NCBI RefSeq assembly: GCF_006345805.1
Contig: NC_042999.1
Coordinates: 12,028,001 to 12,092,000 of the forward strand
From: Octopus sinensis
Taxonomy: Eukaryota
DNA: 64,000 nt
Direction: 5' to 3'
The notes under the pieces are model-generated. The model ran no database searches. It was not told where the DNA came from and saw nothing but the letters and a program-made list of their open reading frames with translations. This document shows positions 1 through 12,572 of the stretch, piece after piece. Numbering within the stretch: position 1 is the first letter of the stretch; each line of letters starts with the position of its first letter. The translations under genes and the position numbers were made by a program.

Positions 1-45
1 ACGTGACCGAAACAATTAAAGCAACAAAAAAACTATGCCATTTTA

Positions 46-77
46 ACCCCGAGCAGCGTCAGCAGGTATCTGTACTA

Positions 78-78
<1 letters not shown>
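46..78 (+). mobile_element. Helitron 3' terminus (degenerate GC hairpin + CTAG)
   Basis: ACCCCGAGCAGCGTCAGCAGGTATCTGTACTAG, then (TA)n; resembles the 3' ends at 4373-4400 and 5337-5363 (reverse strand). Confidence 0.5.

Positions 79-132
<54 letters not shown>
79..132. repeat. (TA)n microsatellite
   Basis: Direct. Confidence 0.97.
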
Positions 133-135
<3 letters not shown>

Positions 136-1296
136 ACACCGATCATGCTACTTGATGTACTGCGTGAGAGAGGCCAGAACACGTAAGTCTAACATGGTCT
201 AGTCCAAGATAGACTTATGCTAGGACGAGGTCACTATTGTATTTTGATGTTTTCTTCCTGGTCAGGAATAAGCTCGGGGTTAAGATAGAGTTTCGAGGTT
301 TAAAAAAAAGTAAGTGTGACCGGAAGTGATGACAGTGACATCCCCTAATGTCCTGTAAGCACTCTGCGGTGCCTCGGCAGGTGCCATTCCCAACACACGC
401 CACTTTCTGCCAGTTCTTGCCCTACACCTCAATAACCATATTCCAGTTATCACTTGGCTCACATCTAATTGTGGCAGCCAACATACGTCGACCCAAAATG
501 GTTGTTTAGTTCTTCTATTTGTTGCCAAATGTGGCACATAAGAGTACCTCGGCTGTTATTTCTCTAATATTTGAGATATTACTGGAAGGTACTACACACA
601 GAGGCGGCATAATGCAATAATGTGAAGAGAATTAAGGGATTTTATTAGTTCTCTTCTTGAACTTATCGACTTCCACAGTCGTCACATCCAACCATTTCGC
701 TATCATTTTTGACTTCGCCACTGAACTGTCAACCGATACATGAAGATGAAGTCTTTCCGTGACCTCCTCGTATGGCGCTTTTGGAACTCGAACCAAGTTG
801 AGATTGTTTCTGTCATGAAATCCTTGCAGGTAAAAATACTTATTTTCTCCATAGATTTATTTTTTAAAATAAGGTTTCTTGAAGAAAATATTTTCCAGCG
901 AAAATCTGCATTTACCGTTCGTTTCTCTAATTGCTTCGAAGGCGACAAACTGGCAGAATCTTGAGATCATCGCTTAAAATGCTTTGCACCATTTGTTTTA
1001 GTTGTTTATTTTCTGAGTTCGAAATCTACTGAGGACATATTTACCTTTTATGATTCCCCAATCAATGAAATAATATCGACTACTCCTCTCCATAAAATTG
1101 CTGGCCTTGTGCCTCAGTCGCAAACTATTATTGTTGCTTGGGGCCAAGTCACCCCTTTTCAAGTAGTTCGACAACCATAGATGTTCCAGCTGTGAGCCTT
1201 CCATATTTTATTCAAACTGTAAACTTAAGACTACATCAGTCAATAAATATAAATATATATATATATTGGCATATATATCAGTAGATCGCCATATAT

Positions 1297-1342
<46 letters not shown>

Positions 1343-2257
1343 ATTTCTTAAGATGGTAGAGAATGACCTGAGTGAGATTTGGCTGCTACTTTTAGCAAGT
1401 AATCAAACCCAGAATCCCGTCCCTACTCCGCTGATTTCTGTTTCTATCGTTTGTGGCCGCCATTTTTATGAATTAATTGATTTTGGGGTTTGAGTATATC
1501 GAACACCACCAACGTTACACCTGTAAAATAATTGAAAGTGCCTAAACACATCGTTCATAGATGTTCCAACTTCCCTCTAACTACATTCTCCAGTTCTTCT
1601 TCCCTTGAATTCCTTCTTCATGTCCTTCCTGCGGATGTTGGCTTACAACTGTTGGTACTTTTTGATTATCTCACCCCCATTCAAAAATTGGGTTCAACAG
1701 ATCGGATTAAAAGAGTTAGATCCTTTTTATTCAATACTTCAACATATTGTTGACTTTTGCCCCCCCCCCCTATAACAGGCATTTTATTGAATTGTTATAA
1801 AAATGTTATCAGATTCAATATGATGTTTAATTTTTTTCAGTTTTCATGTTTATTAATTTTGGTTAATGTTTACACCTTGAACCCCCCTCCCCATACTGGA
1901 ATGGGTGTAAACAAAAATGTGTAGGAAACGAATATGAAAACAAAATAAGTGCAAAGCAACGGGAGGGTGGGGAGAGGACTTCGGAAAATTCACAAAATTC
2001 GAGTTTTTCCCTCATAACTTTTAGGAAATTGGATTTTTTCTATGAAATTTCAAATAAATACCTTTGAAAGGGCATACATTACGATTATAAAGAAATTTGT
2101 GGAGAAAATCTTGATGTGGGGAGAGGACTTTTGGAAAATTGCCAAGATGCGAATTTTTCCTTGTTATATTCCGAAATCCCATTCAACTTTCTACAGATAC
2201 CCTAGCGTAGTTATTACTACACTACCGACTGTTTATTTCTACCCACTTTCAATAATT

Positions 2258-2885
2258 TGTGGAAGAGAGAGAGACCCAGAAAGACATGGAATGAAGTGGT
2301 GAAGCATGATCTTCAACTGTTGGACCTCACAGAGACAATGACTAGTGATTAAGACCTTTGGCGATATGCCATGCTAGAGAAGACCCATCAAGCCAAGTGA
2401 AATCGTAGTTGTTGCTGTTGTCAGTGTCACACAACTGGCAGCCATGTAAAAAGGGACCTTTTGAGTGCTGGCTCTCATGGAGGCAGTGCAGCTGATGCCA
2501 ATGTCATGGAACTAGCACCTGTGCCAGTGGTACAGAAGAAGCACCTTTCGAGTGCTGGGCCTCATGGAGGCAATGCAGCTGATGCCAATGTCTTGGAACT
2601 AGCACCTGTGCCAGTGGTACAGAAGAAGCACCTTTCGAGTGCTGGGCCTCATGGAGGCAATGATAAATGACTGAGACTTTTGGCAATATGTTGTGCTTGA
2701 GAAGGAAGATCCTTCAAGCCGAGTGGAACCATAGTCGTGGCAGATATTGGTGTCACACAACTGGCACCCATGCTGGTAGAAACCCTGCCAAATCAAACTG
2801 GAGTCTGGTGCAGCCCCTCAGCTTACCAGCTCTGGTCAAACCATCCAACCCATGCTAGCATGGACAATAGACACTAAATGATGAT
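2258..2885 (+). mobile_element. Old RTE LINE 3' end (ORF C-terminus remnant, 3' UTR, TGA tail)
   Basis: Degenerate match to CGRGRPRKTWDEVVKHDL coding seen at 29.6 kb; ends CCATCCAACCCATGCTAGCATGGA...AAATGATGATGA. Confidence 0.8.
2461..2660 (+). repeat. 87-bp tandem repeat, about 2.3 copies, in an old RTE 3' UTR
   Basis: Units start at 2461, 2548 and 2635. Confidence 0.9.
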
Positions 2886-2936
2886 GATTGGCAGTGATAC
2901 CCGATGATCTGGAAGCTTTCCCTGTTCTTCATATCC

Positions 2937-3164
2937 TTAATTGCTATCAACTCTGATGGGTGGTCCCTCGATTGGCTCAATATTTGAAAGACACTCCTCC
3001 CATTCATTTTCCATATTCAACAACCTTTCATAGTGGCATCTCCCTGCATCTTTCTTCTCTGAGTCACTAAGTGCAAGCATACCATTATCCATTCGCACAC
3101 ATTTCTCACCCACCACATCTCTATTCTCTCTTGATACACTGCTTTGCAATCCTGAACACCTCAC
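2937..3164 (-). pseudogene. RTE LINE ORF fragment (endonuclease-RT linker)
   Basis: RENRDVVGEKCVRMDNG...HYERLLNMENEW, typical RTE linker. Confidence 0.75.
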
Positions 3165-3358
3165 ACTGTAGAATAGTGTGAGGTGCTAATGAGTAAAATT
3201 CTACAGAAAAAACTGTACTTTACTATCAGGGAGAGAATTATATTATCCATAATAATAAAGGGTAAAATTAATTAATTAATTAATAATTAAACCAAGTAGT
3301 TTGGTATATTAAAAGAACCATTAACCTGCGTGGGTTGTTGAGTATTGCTATCTGGCGC

Positions 3359-3361
<3 letters not shown>

Positions 3362-3420
<59 letters not shown>

Positions 3421-3421
3421 T
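3362..3421. repeat. (TA)n microsatellite
   Basis: Direct. Confidence 0.95.
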
Positions 3422-3424
3422 ATT

Positions 3425-4110
3425 TTAAAATCTGTTTTCCATGCTGGCTTGGGTTGGATAGTTTGACAAATGCTTTCCAGCTGCAGAGCTGCCCATGTTC
3501 CATTGGCATAGTTTCTATGGCTGGATGCCCTTCCTAACACCAACCACTTTACAGAGTGTGTTGAGTGCTTCTTACGCAGCACCAGCATGTACATACACAT
3601 ACACACACACGTGTGTGCATGGGTTGAACTCTTTGAGAGGAGCTGGCAAGCCAGAAGCCTGCACCAAGCTTCACTGTCTATTTTGGCATGGTTTCTGTGG
3701 CTGGATATGGCACCAGCACAGTTGGAGTCACCAAGTAACTCACAAGACAAAGACCCTTTGAGAGGGGTAGGTGGGGATTGGAGGAGAGGTTAGAGTGTAA
3801 CAGAGAGACAGAAACAGGTGTCTTGCTGAAGAGATATAGGGTTGCCCCAGTCAGAGGGAGAGAGCAAGATGGTGCCAATGTGCCAGGGCATACCCTCAAG
3901 ATATGGGGGTGGTAGAGTATTTCCATGGGGAGTGGGGAATTCACATGAATGCAAAGGCAAAGGGGAATGCAGGGACTAGTGAAAGCTAGGTTTATAGAGG
4001 AGGGGAAAACAGGAGAGCAATGATACGCTGGGGTAGGGCAGTGAAGACAGGATTGGGCTGCAGGAACGGGGACGGAGAGATAAGTATGATGCATAAAAAA
4101 TACATCCATG
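3425..4110 (-). mobile_element. Non-coding RTE-derived element (pyrimidine-rich head fused to RTE 3' tail)
   Basis: RTE tail at 3425-3740 on the minus strand; head shares motifs with 26130-26580. Confidence 0.5.
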
Positions 4111-4189
4111 CCCCAGCATGGCCACAGCTCGTGAGCTGAAACTAGATAAGATAAAAAAAATAAATAAAAATAAAATAAATACACATACA

Positions 4190-4350
4190 GATGTGGCCGT
4201 GGTAAGAAGCTTGCTTCCCAAACACATGATTCCAGGTTCAGTCCCATTATTTGACTCCTTGAGCAAATGTATTCTACAATAGCTCTGAGCCAATCACAGC
4301 CTTTAGAGTGGATTTGGTAGAGGAAACCTGAAAAAAACTGGATGTGTGTA
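4190..4350 (+). mobile_element. tRNA-derived SINE (family 1)
   Basis: GTGGTAAGAAGCTTGC...GGTTCAGTCCC...GGATTTGGTAGAGGAAAC followed by a TG/TA tail. Related copies near 8485(-), 14662(+), 21720(-), 22530(-), 25620(-), 37420(-), 38530(+), 45300(-), 50320(+), 58470(-), 61918(+). Confidence 0.75.
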
Positions 4351-4372
4351 TATATATATATATATATATACA

Positions 4373-5336
4373 CTAGCAGTATAGCCCGCCATTGCTCGGG
4401 TTTGTTTCTTAGTTGCACTTAAAATGGCAGACTTTGATGTTGCGTTAACAAAGTTTTGACTTAGTTTCAATCTATGAATAGAAGTATAGTGTGGCGATGC
4501 TTGAATGTGCTGCAAATGTGTAATGCTGACTTCAATTGCTGGTATTGTTGGTTAATATTCCTTCTATTAACATTATGGAGAAAAAAAATTACCCGTAGAT
4601 TTAAAGCAAAATGAAGCCCAAGTTTCGAACTGCACTGAAAATCTATTGAGAAGTTAATAGTGCAACAATATTCATTAAGAAAAAGTACAGGAAAATCCAA
4701 AACGTTAGTAAGAACAGTTTGTGGTTACAACATGAATCGTGGTTGTACCTGTAAAATGAATAAAATCGACTATTTTACATCATGTATAACTAAAAAAATC
4801 TGTAAAATACAATTAGTTTTTCTCACAAAATAATCGATTGAAATTGCTGAATTGTACTCAAAACTGTAGTAGTTGATGACCTTGAAAATTAATTCATTCA
4901 CGAAGCGAACATTACTCCTCTGCATTGGATCAGCTGATCTGGCGTTCGCTCAAAACCAATAACATCACAAAAAAATTCTTTTCGACCCTTTAGAATTGGA
5001 ATTTTTGAAAAGTAAAAATTTTGCATTATATAGCTTGTTATTCTCTTTAAGTGAACATTTTTCTGGTTGAAATACACTGAAAAATGGCGACACAGCAGTA
5101 AAAAAATCGTAAAAATCAGGGTTTTTCATAGAAAAAAAAAGCACCTTTTTAATGTAAATAATGTTTGGTCTTAACATGGTCCACTTTGAATGTTTTCTTT
5201 TACGGAATGAAGAGCAAGCCTTCTTCTATCATACTCTCAATTTTGGTCAACTTGCGCTGCAGGGTCTCGGAGGAGATAGTGTTAGTTGAAGCTACCAAAC
5301 CTGTCACACACAGACAACTTCAGCTTTATTTATATA
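4373..5336 (-). mobile_element. Non-autonomous Helitron
   Basis: 5' TATATAAATAAAGCTGAAGTTGTCTGTGTG at 5336; 3' hairpin CCCGAGCAATGGCGGG + CTAG at 4373-4400. Confidence 0.7.
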
Positions 5337-8300
5337 CTAGCAGAGATACCCGGCATTGCCCGGTTACATTCAATTGAAGAATTAGACTTTTCTGTTATAT
5401 ATATATGGATATACACACACACACAAACATATGTATATTAATATAAATACATGAAAGTACATGTAGTTTGTTTTAAAAAAGGGGGATCATGTATATACCT
5501 CCTGGCTGTTGAGATTATAACACCTCGTTGTAAACAATGTTCCTTGCTTTTCCTTGTGGAGCATATTCAAAAAGGTTTCTTTTGGTTCCTACTCTTGAGC
5601 AGCCAACATACAGTTGCCCATGCGAGAAGCAGGGCTCTTCCAAGAGAAGACCAGCTACAGAGAGGGTTTGACCCTGAGATTTGTTAATGGAGATGGCAAA
5701 GCTGACACGAAGGGGGAATTGCAGTCTTCTGAATGTAAATGGAATTTCTGCTCCTGCTGGAGTAAGAGGAATTCTTGGAATAAAGACGTCATCACCTTTT
5801 CCACATCCAGAAAGAATGATCGCCTTGATAACCAATCGAGTTCCATTGCAAAGTCTTGGTGGTTCCAGATTGCGGAGTAGCATTACAGGAGTTCCAACTT
5901 TAAGTGCTAATATGTGTGGAGGTAGTCGAGGAGGCTCCAGTGAATTGAGAAATTCAGGAGGATAGTTCACAACTTCATTTATATCTGGAATTGTATCAAC
6001 AGACTTGTAAGTGTGTATAGTGCCGGGAAGAGAATGCATTAGCTGTTGGTTAATTTTGTTAACAGCGACGTTTTTTGGAGCTAATATTGCTCTTTCACAC
6101 AGCCATTTGTGATTTTGGTAGTTTTGTGTGAAGTTGGGAAAGACTTTGTTTTTGAGGTCATCTACAAAACTAACAACAGAGGAAAATGACCACACTTCCA
6201 TTTGTCCTGCAGCATCGAGAGGCATCTTGCCTTCACCAAGTGTCAAAATGTCCTGTGCAAACTTTGTGGACATTTTGTCGCCGTGTAGCTGAGCTCTCAT
6301 GTTAGTGGTGAGACTGAGGATTGTAACATGATGCCACAGGGTAGAGGACTTTAGGCATGCTTGGACTTCATCTGCTCTAGTGTCTTTCGGAATGACAGGA
6401 AGAGTTTGCCTGAAATCACCTGACAACAGAAGCGTTACACATCCCATTGGAGCCTGACAGTCTCGGATGTCTTTCAGGGCTCTATCTAATGCTGCCAAAG
6501 CTCCCTTGTGAGCCATAGTGCACTCATCCCAGACAATTAAATGACACATTTTAAGTACTTGTCCCTGATCTGAGCTTTTGTTGATGTTGCATGAAGGCAT
6601 TTCGGATGCTGCTAAATTGAGAGGGAGTTTAAAAGTTGAGTGTGCTGTCCTGCCACCGGGTAACAAAGTAGCTGCAATGCCAGAGGAGGCTACAGCTACT
6701 GCAATGTTCTGATGCTGCCCAACTTCTGCAAGGAGAAGCTTCGTAATAAATGTTTTTCCTGTCCCTCCAGGAACATCGAGGAAGAAGATTCATCCCTCGC
6801 GTTGGTGTACACTGTAAAGAATAGTTCTGTAGGCCTGCAGCTGGTCCGGAAGTAATTTAGGCTCATTTTCAACAATGTACTTTGAAAGCGCTTGAGTGTC
6901 GTAGGCTGTTTCACGAATGACAGCAGCGGGAAGGCTATTTGACCCTGACCTGAATACTTGTGGCAGGCCATACGTCGACAATTCCTTTCCACCCAGTTTA
7001 GCAATTCTGTCTTCAATGTCAATGAGTGTTTTGTTATAGATTTCATTGCTGATACCCTCCATGTCAGGATAGAGCAGTTGAGCTTGGCGCTGAAAGTCTT
7101 CGGCCAGGTTGTCTCTATATTTGAGCCATAGAATGGCCGGATCACACAGTTCGCATGCCTGTAGTAATACTGCAAATAGTGCCCTGAGACTTTTAGGTGA
7201 TTGTGATAAAGCAGCCTCTCCTAAAGTTGCATCCCATTGTGCACCATCTTCTAACAGACCTTATCGATAGCAGGCTTCTCTGTATGTTGTGCAGACATGT
7301 CCATGAACGGTTTTTAGGACCTGGAAAGACATTGGCCCTCTGACTTCATGCAGTAGCTGACGAAGGTAGAAGCACTCTTGTTGAGTGGGATGCACTGTGT
7401 ATACTCGCCCAAGGCAAGTGTGAAACTTAATGCCAGGGTATCCATGAACATTTTAACCTGCTTTCCGTGGGGCCCAGTTTTTTCCATTCCAAGTGTAGTA
7501 CGATGGAATCTGTGGATACAGCAAGGTTTGAGCGAATGGATCCACTTGACAAAGCTTGAAGAATGCAGTGAGTGTGCTATCCCTTGGTTCCTCTGCCAAC
7601 AGAGAAGCATTAGCATCGGAGAAGTACACTCTTTGACCATTTCCCAGGTGCACTGCAAGCTGTTGAATGGCGGGGTGTCATTGATGAATTGGAAAGCCAA
7701 AGATGCGCCAGAAAGCCTCGTTGCTACTTATGTACCGTTCCACCTGATAATGCGTCACCTCATCCTGGCAGTATTCTTGTTGAAGTCCAAACATTGCAGC
7801 GTCAGAACCTTTGTTTACATATTTGCAAACGTACTTGATAGATTTGATGGAGTTGCAAAACTCAACGTTGATGTGGGCATTGAAAGTCTTTGACAGGAGT
7901 GGACAGTATGGAACAATCCATCTATTATCAATATTTTGCTGTTCGATAGTTGCTGTGAAACCTCCGTCTTCTGGTTTTCTGCGTCTGTATGATGGATACC
8001 CATCAGCACCTGTCTGAGTTTCTTGTAGGAACCTCCTTGGAAATCTTTTTGAACATATGCTGTCCTTCAAGCATGGTGTGTTTATGTTGAATCCACGCCC
8101 ACATGGACCATGTACCATGTTTGCTTTAACTATTTTGTATAGTTCTTTGTCTAAAGCTGGATCAGGAAGCTCTGCAGAGATTATGTTGTCGATGTCATTG
8201 AATTGATCTTCGCTGAGAGCCAAAGCAGGATATGAGCATATGGAAGGCCCCTTTTTTGTCACTCAATTGTGTACATGTCACATTGTATGGGCCCAAAGAC

Positions 8301-8350
8301 TTGCCCTTTTTGTACGAGCTCCATGAGAGAGATTAACTTCAGATGGAAAA
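5337..8350 (-). mobile_element. Decayed autonomous Helitron (Rep + Pif1 helicase) with intact 3' terminus
   Basis: RepHel coding remnants; 3' hairpin CCGGGCAATGCCGG + GTATCTCTGCTAG ending at 5337. Confidence 0.92.
5515..8350 (-). pseudogene. Helitron RepHel pseudogene
   Basis: Rep motif 2 reads E*QKRGLPYAH (consensus EWQKRGLPHAH); motif 3 KYVCKYVNKG; Walker A GGTGKT; WDECTM, GDFRQ, TNMRA, INKSQGQT, HGQLYVGCSRV. Several stops and frameshifts; the 5515-6666 helicase ORF is still open. Confidence 0.93.
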
Positions 8351-8484
8351 CTCGGGCGTTGAGATTCCGGTTCAAATGTAAGGCAGGTTTGAAAGTGTTC
8401 CCAACAGTTATTAGTTGCAGTGGTAGAGTGTTTATGCCGAATATGTACGTATGCATATATATATATATGTATGTATGCCTGTAT

Positions 8485-8625
8485 ATATGTACAAAATCCA
8501 CTGAGAAGGCTTTTGTTGGTCTGAGGCTACAGCAGAAGACACATGCCAAGTCACGACACAGTGGGATTGAACCCAGGACCATGTGTTTGGAACGTAGTTT
8601 GTTACCACACAGCCACACCTGCCCC
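8485..8625 (-). mobile_element. tRNA-derived SINE (family 1)
   Basis: Reverse complement of the SINE at 4190. Confidence 0.7.
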
Positions 8626-9369
8626 TATGTATGTGTGTGTGTGTGTGTGTGCGTATGTGTGTATGGGTTGATATATTATGCATGTATATATGTGTATATA
8701 TATATGTATACATATTACATGTACATCTATATATATACATCTACACATAAAATACAAAATACAAAGTTATATCTTGATATCGCTAGTGATAACAATACTC
8801 AAAATATATAACAAACTGGAATTGCAGGCCTGTCTCTTGCAATTTCAATCAATTGGATCTTGTCCTCCCTCTTGTATAGAAGTGTACGGCTGCAGTGAAA
8901 TTCATTTTTGGACTTTCTTCTATGAAAGGCATTCTAACAAAAATGCTTCCGTAAAGACAGTGAAAATATTGTCAATTTCCCCAAACAGAGACACAATTCA
9001 ATTTTTAAACAATAACCAAAGCCCCTTCTCCGAAAGGGGGAGGGTTACAGTTTACAATTATTTAACAAGTGCAACACAACAACGTTTCCTAGACAAGGAA
9101 CCAACAAACATGATTACAATAGTCAAACAGTAATAATAATAACAACAAACCTTTTTAATTTATCCCCATTTATGTGAAACCACTTATTCAAGTTCAAGTC
9201 ATTGATGCAATTTTATACGAATTGCTAATACACACACACACGCACATAATAAGGGTGAAAAATTGAATATTAATTTGATTAATATGAATTGAAAACCAGT
9301 GGTGTAGCATATAAGACCATAGCGGATCTTCTTCTAGCAAAATGGATGACCACTGTTAATGGTTCATCC

Positions 9370-9650
9370 CTGTTATATAATACTTTAATTTTAATAGTTT
9401 TAGTATTAAAGTGAAAGTGTCTGCATTACAAAAGAGAGATATATTTGTTTCACTTTTAACACGTAATACTGAAATAGTGGAGAAGATATGATATTGCTGT
9501 GGGGTCGCCCTTGGGAAAAAGTTAAGATTTTTTTGCCGATGACACTCCCCGGACCTTAAGTAAGGCATGTGTAAAATTTGAATGAAATTGGTTGTGTAGT
9601 TCTCAAGTTTTAGGGAAATACACAGACAGACAGACACACATTCTCAGTTT

Positions 9651-9655
<5 letters not shown>
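9370..9655 (-). mobile_element. Helitron 5' terminal fragment
   Basis: TATATAAAACTGAGAATGTGTGTCTGTCTG start abutting (TA)n; same layout as the 5' ends at 5336 and 13147. Confidence 0.55.
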
Positions 9656-9732
<77 letters not shown>

Positions 9733-10489
9733 TGAGTGTATGTGTATCTCCTTGTCTTGCCATCTTGTAAGCAGTGTCATTCATTTCCAATATTCTACAA
9801 GAACATTCCTGGCCATGGGAAAATATTACCTTCCTTGGAAACTGGTATGGGTTGACAACAGGAAAGGCATCCTCATGTAGAAAATCTACATCAACAAATT
9901 CTGTCCTTTCCATGCAAGTATGGAAAAGTGGGCATGAAACAATGTTGATATCCATACACTCTCCATATATGGTGATATATGGTGAAAGGTTTGATATATC
10001 TTTTCATAATTGAAGATGGTAGGGTGTAATTTGAGAGAAATTTGGCTGTTATATCTAGCAGCCCTGCACAGGCCTTCTCTTGCTGGCTCAAGCCTTATTG
10101 TTGTATATTCTTTGATCAGTTGTCAAACAAAAACTTGATGGAAGGCATTCTGGTCAGTGTTTAAAGACTGCTGAGATCATCACGACTGTTCAGTTTGTTC
10201 AATATAGCCTTGGTTCCAGATGGTAAGAAGGCGTGATCTATGAGAAATTTGTTATTTCCAGCAATTTGAGCAACTGTGTCTCAGCTCCCCACTGAACAAA
10301 ATTATCTGTCAATAAACGACTTACTCAATCTCAACACTGGATCACATCTTCAGAGTCAGTGGTTGAAGTAACAAGCAAGTTAGTTCTTTACTTCATTCAA
10401 GTGGTTACTTTTAGAGACAGTGTGTGTTTTTTACTTACATAGGGAGGGTGATAGGAGAGGATTTTGGGCTAAATCATTATTATTAGACT

Positions 10490-10880
10490 AGCAACTCCTG
10501 TGGAAATTCCTGCATTGTTTTCAATTAGAAACACCTTTCTATTCTTCTGGATAGGGGCTGTAATTGAAGGAGCGCGACTTTCCCATTCTTTCAGCAGTTC
10601 AGAGATTCATTTATGTATCTAAGAGCTTCGTAATGGTTATAGAGAATATTTGTGTCACCACTGTTGTAAACTTTCAACCATATGTTTACAGCTTTATTGA
10701 TGTTCTCTCTCGTTTTCACTTTATATTCTACCTTCAACTCACATCTGTTGTGGACATTCTATGCTCTTTGATGCTGCCAGGCTTGTTCCAGTGATTCGAG
10801 CTTTGCTTCTGTTTACTTTTGTTGCTTATACTGTCTCATTCTTTCTCTTGCTCGCTTACATTGTTTGTCATCCATATTGT
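10490..10880 (-). pseudogene. Helitron RepHel N-terminal fragment
   Basis: MDDKQCKRARERMRQ...NC*KNGKVALLQLQP/YPEE...CRNFH, matching the Helitron CC.NGKV.LP.L.P.PEEL motif. Confidence 0.55.
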
Positions 10881-12570
10881 ATAAATGAATATTAATTTCT
10901 AAGCAAGCAGGCAGTAAATAACTGCACCTATGTGCATGCGTTGCGATAGGTGACGTAAAAGATTTAGTTCAATTAAAGTTAAAAGGAAACAAATGCTTTT
11001 TTCACTATCCACTCACCACTGCTACCTCCACCACCACCACCACCACCATCATCATCACCATAGTTTTCAGTAACAAAAGCTCAAAGTTGTTTGTCAACCA
11101 AGCTTATTTGATTTCACTTCAGTTCGTTTGTTTTTTAGATCTACTTTTCTCGCTGTCAGTACAAAATTTGAATAACAAATTTTTTTTTCTAAATCACATC
11201 ATACTTAGTTTACTAAGTTATTTACATTGAAAAAATCTGTTGGTCCATTTGTGGATAGAGATAGATAAATAGAACTGAATATTAAAATGGTATTTTCTTA
11301 ATACATGATGTTTAAAATTTCCCTCAGCTAAACAATTTATCAACCATGTCATTCCCCTCTTCATGTTGTTATCATTTTTCTCTCTCTCTTAACCTCTCAC
11401 TTCCACTAACCACATGACAGCTTAATGGATTGGTTACCAATAATGCCACTACTCTCTCTCTCTCTCTCCCCTTCTTTGCTTTTCTTTAACCTCACCATCC
11501 GACCATCAACCTTCTGCTAAACATTGTATTTCTAACTCTCTTCCTCCATATCAATCCCTTCAGCTAACTTTTTAACCATGTAATAAATATTACGTCCCCA
11601 CCCCGCCCTCATGTCGTATACACTTTTCTCTCCCTCTTTTTCTTTCCCTCTCCCTCTTGTGACCGTGTAACGCATTTCGGCCTTAGCATATCAATACATG
11701 GATTCTGTTACCATGTGTTGTCCTCACACAAATTAAATATAGGTTCTCTCTATACACATGGAGTAGTTGGAAACTGTATGGAACTCCATCTTGTGTGTGT
11801 GTGTGTGTCTTTCTGTTTGTCACCAGGCAACCAGTGTTGGTTTGTTTGCATCCTTGTAACTTGGCATTTCAGCAAAACAAACTGACAGAATAAATATAAG
11901 ACTTAAAAATAAGTCTTAGGAGTGATTTGTTTGAATAAACTTTTTAAGGTGGTGCTCTAGCATGGCCACATCCCAATGAGTGAAGCAAAGAAAGATTCCT
12001 GATTGAGGCCCAAGGCCAGGAATTTTGAGGAGAGGGAGTTGATTACTTCAACCTCAGTACTCTGTTGGTACTTTTATTGACCTCAAAAGGATGACAGGTA
12101 AAGTTGATCTTGGCAGAATTTGAACTCAGAATATAAAGAGTCAGAACTGCTGCAAGGTATTCAGACTGATGCTTTCAGCCTTTGAAAAGAGCCAAAGGAT
12201 AAGTAAATGAGGGATCCCATAACCAGCACTGGTGAGGTCACTGTGCATCTTGCTAGGCAAGATGACTCCAAGAGAAGATGAGTAGAGAATGGCGAAGAGG
12301 CCCAGTGAAAGACATTGACTGACTCCAGCAGTGTTCTTCCATATATCACAACTAAACAAATCCAATGGTCCCTCTCAACCAAACAATCAGATGTCCCCAT
12401 ACCTTTCCAGTCTTCCTTTGGCTGTGCCTTTCTCTTCCATTTAAGCCCAAATTGATGTCTTCCTATCGACGAAGAAGTTTTCCAAGTGGTCTTTTCTAAT
12501 TTCTTGGATTCCATTTAAATATGCATGGGTCACAAACAAAATGAAACTAAGCAAGTTGTTGTCTGTGAAC

Positions 12571-12572
<2 letters not shown>

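Noticed and set aside
740-829. MKMKSFRDLLVW resembles the start of bacterial four-helix-bundle proteins (possible HGT)
   Set aside because: Similarity is limited to about 10 residues; the surrounding context is eukaryotic.
9310-9340. Degenerate hammerhead-like stems (also about 16015-16105)
   Set aside because: Core motifs CTGANGA and/or GAAA are missing; cannot be called.
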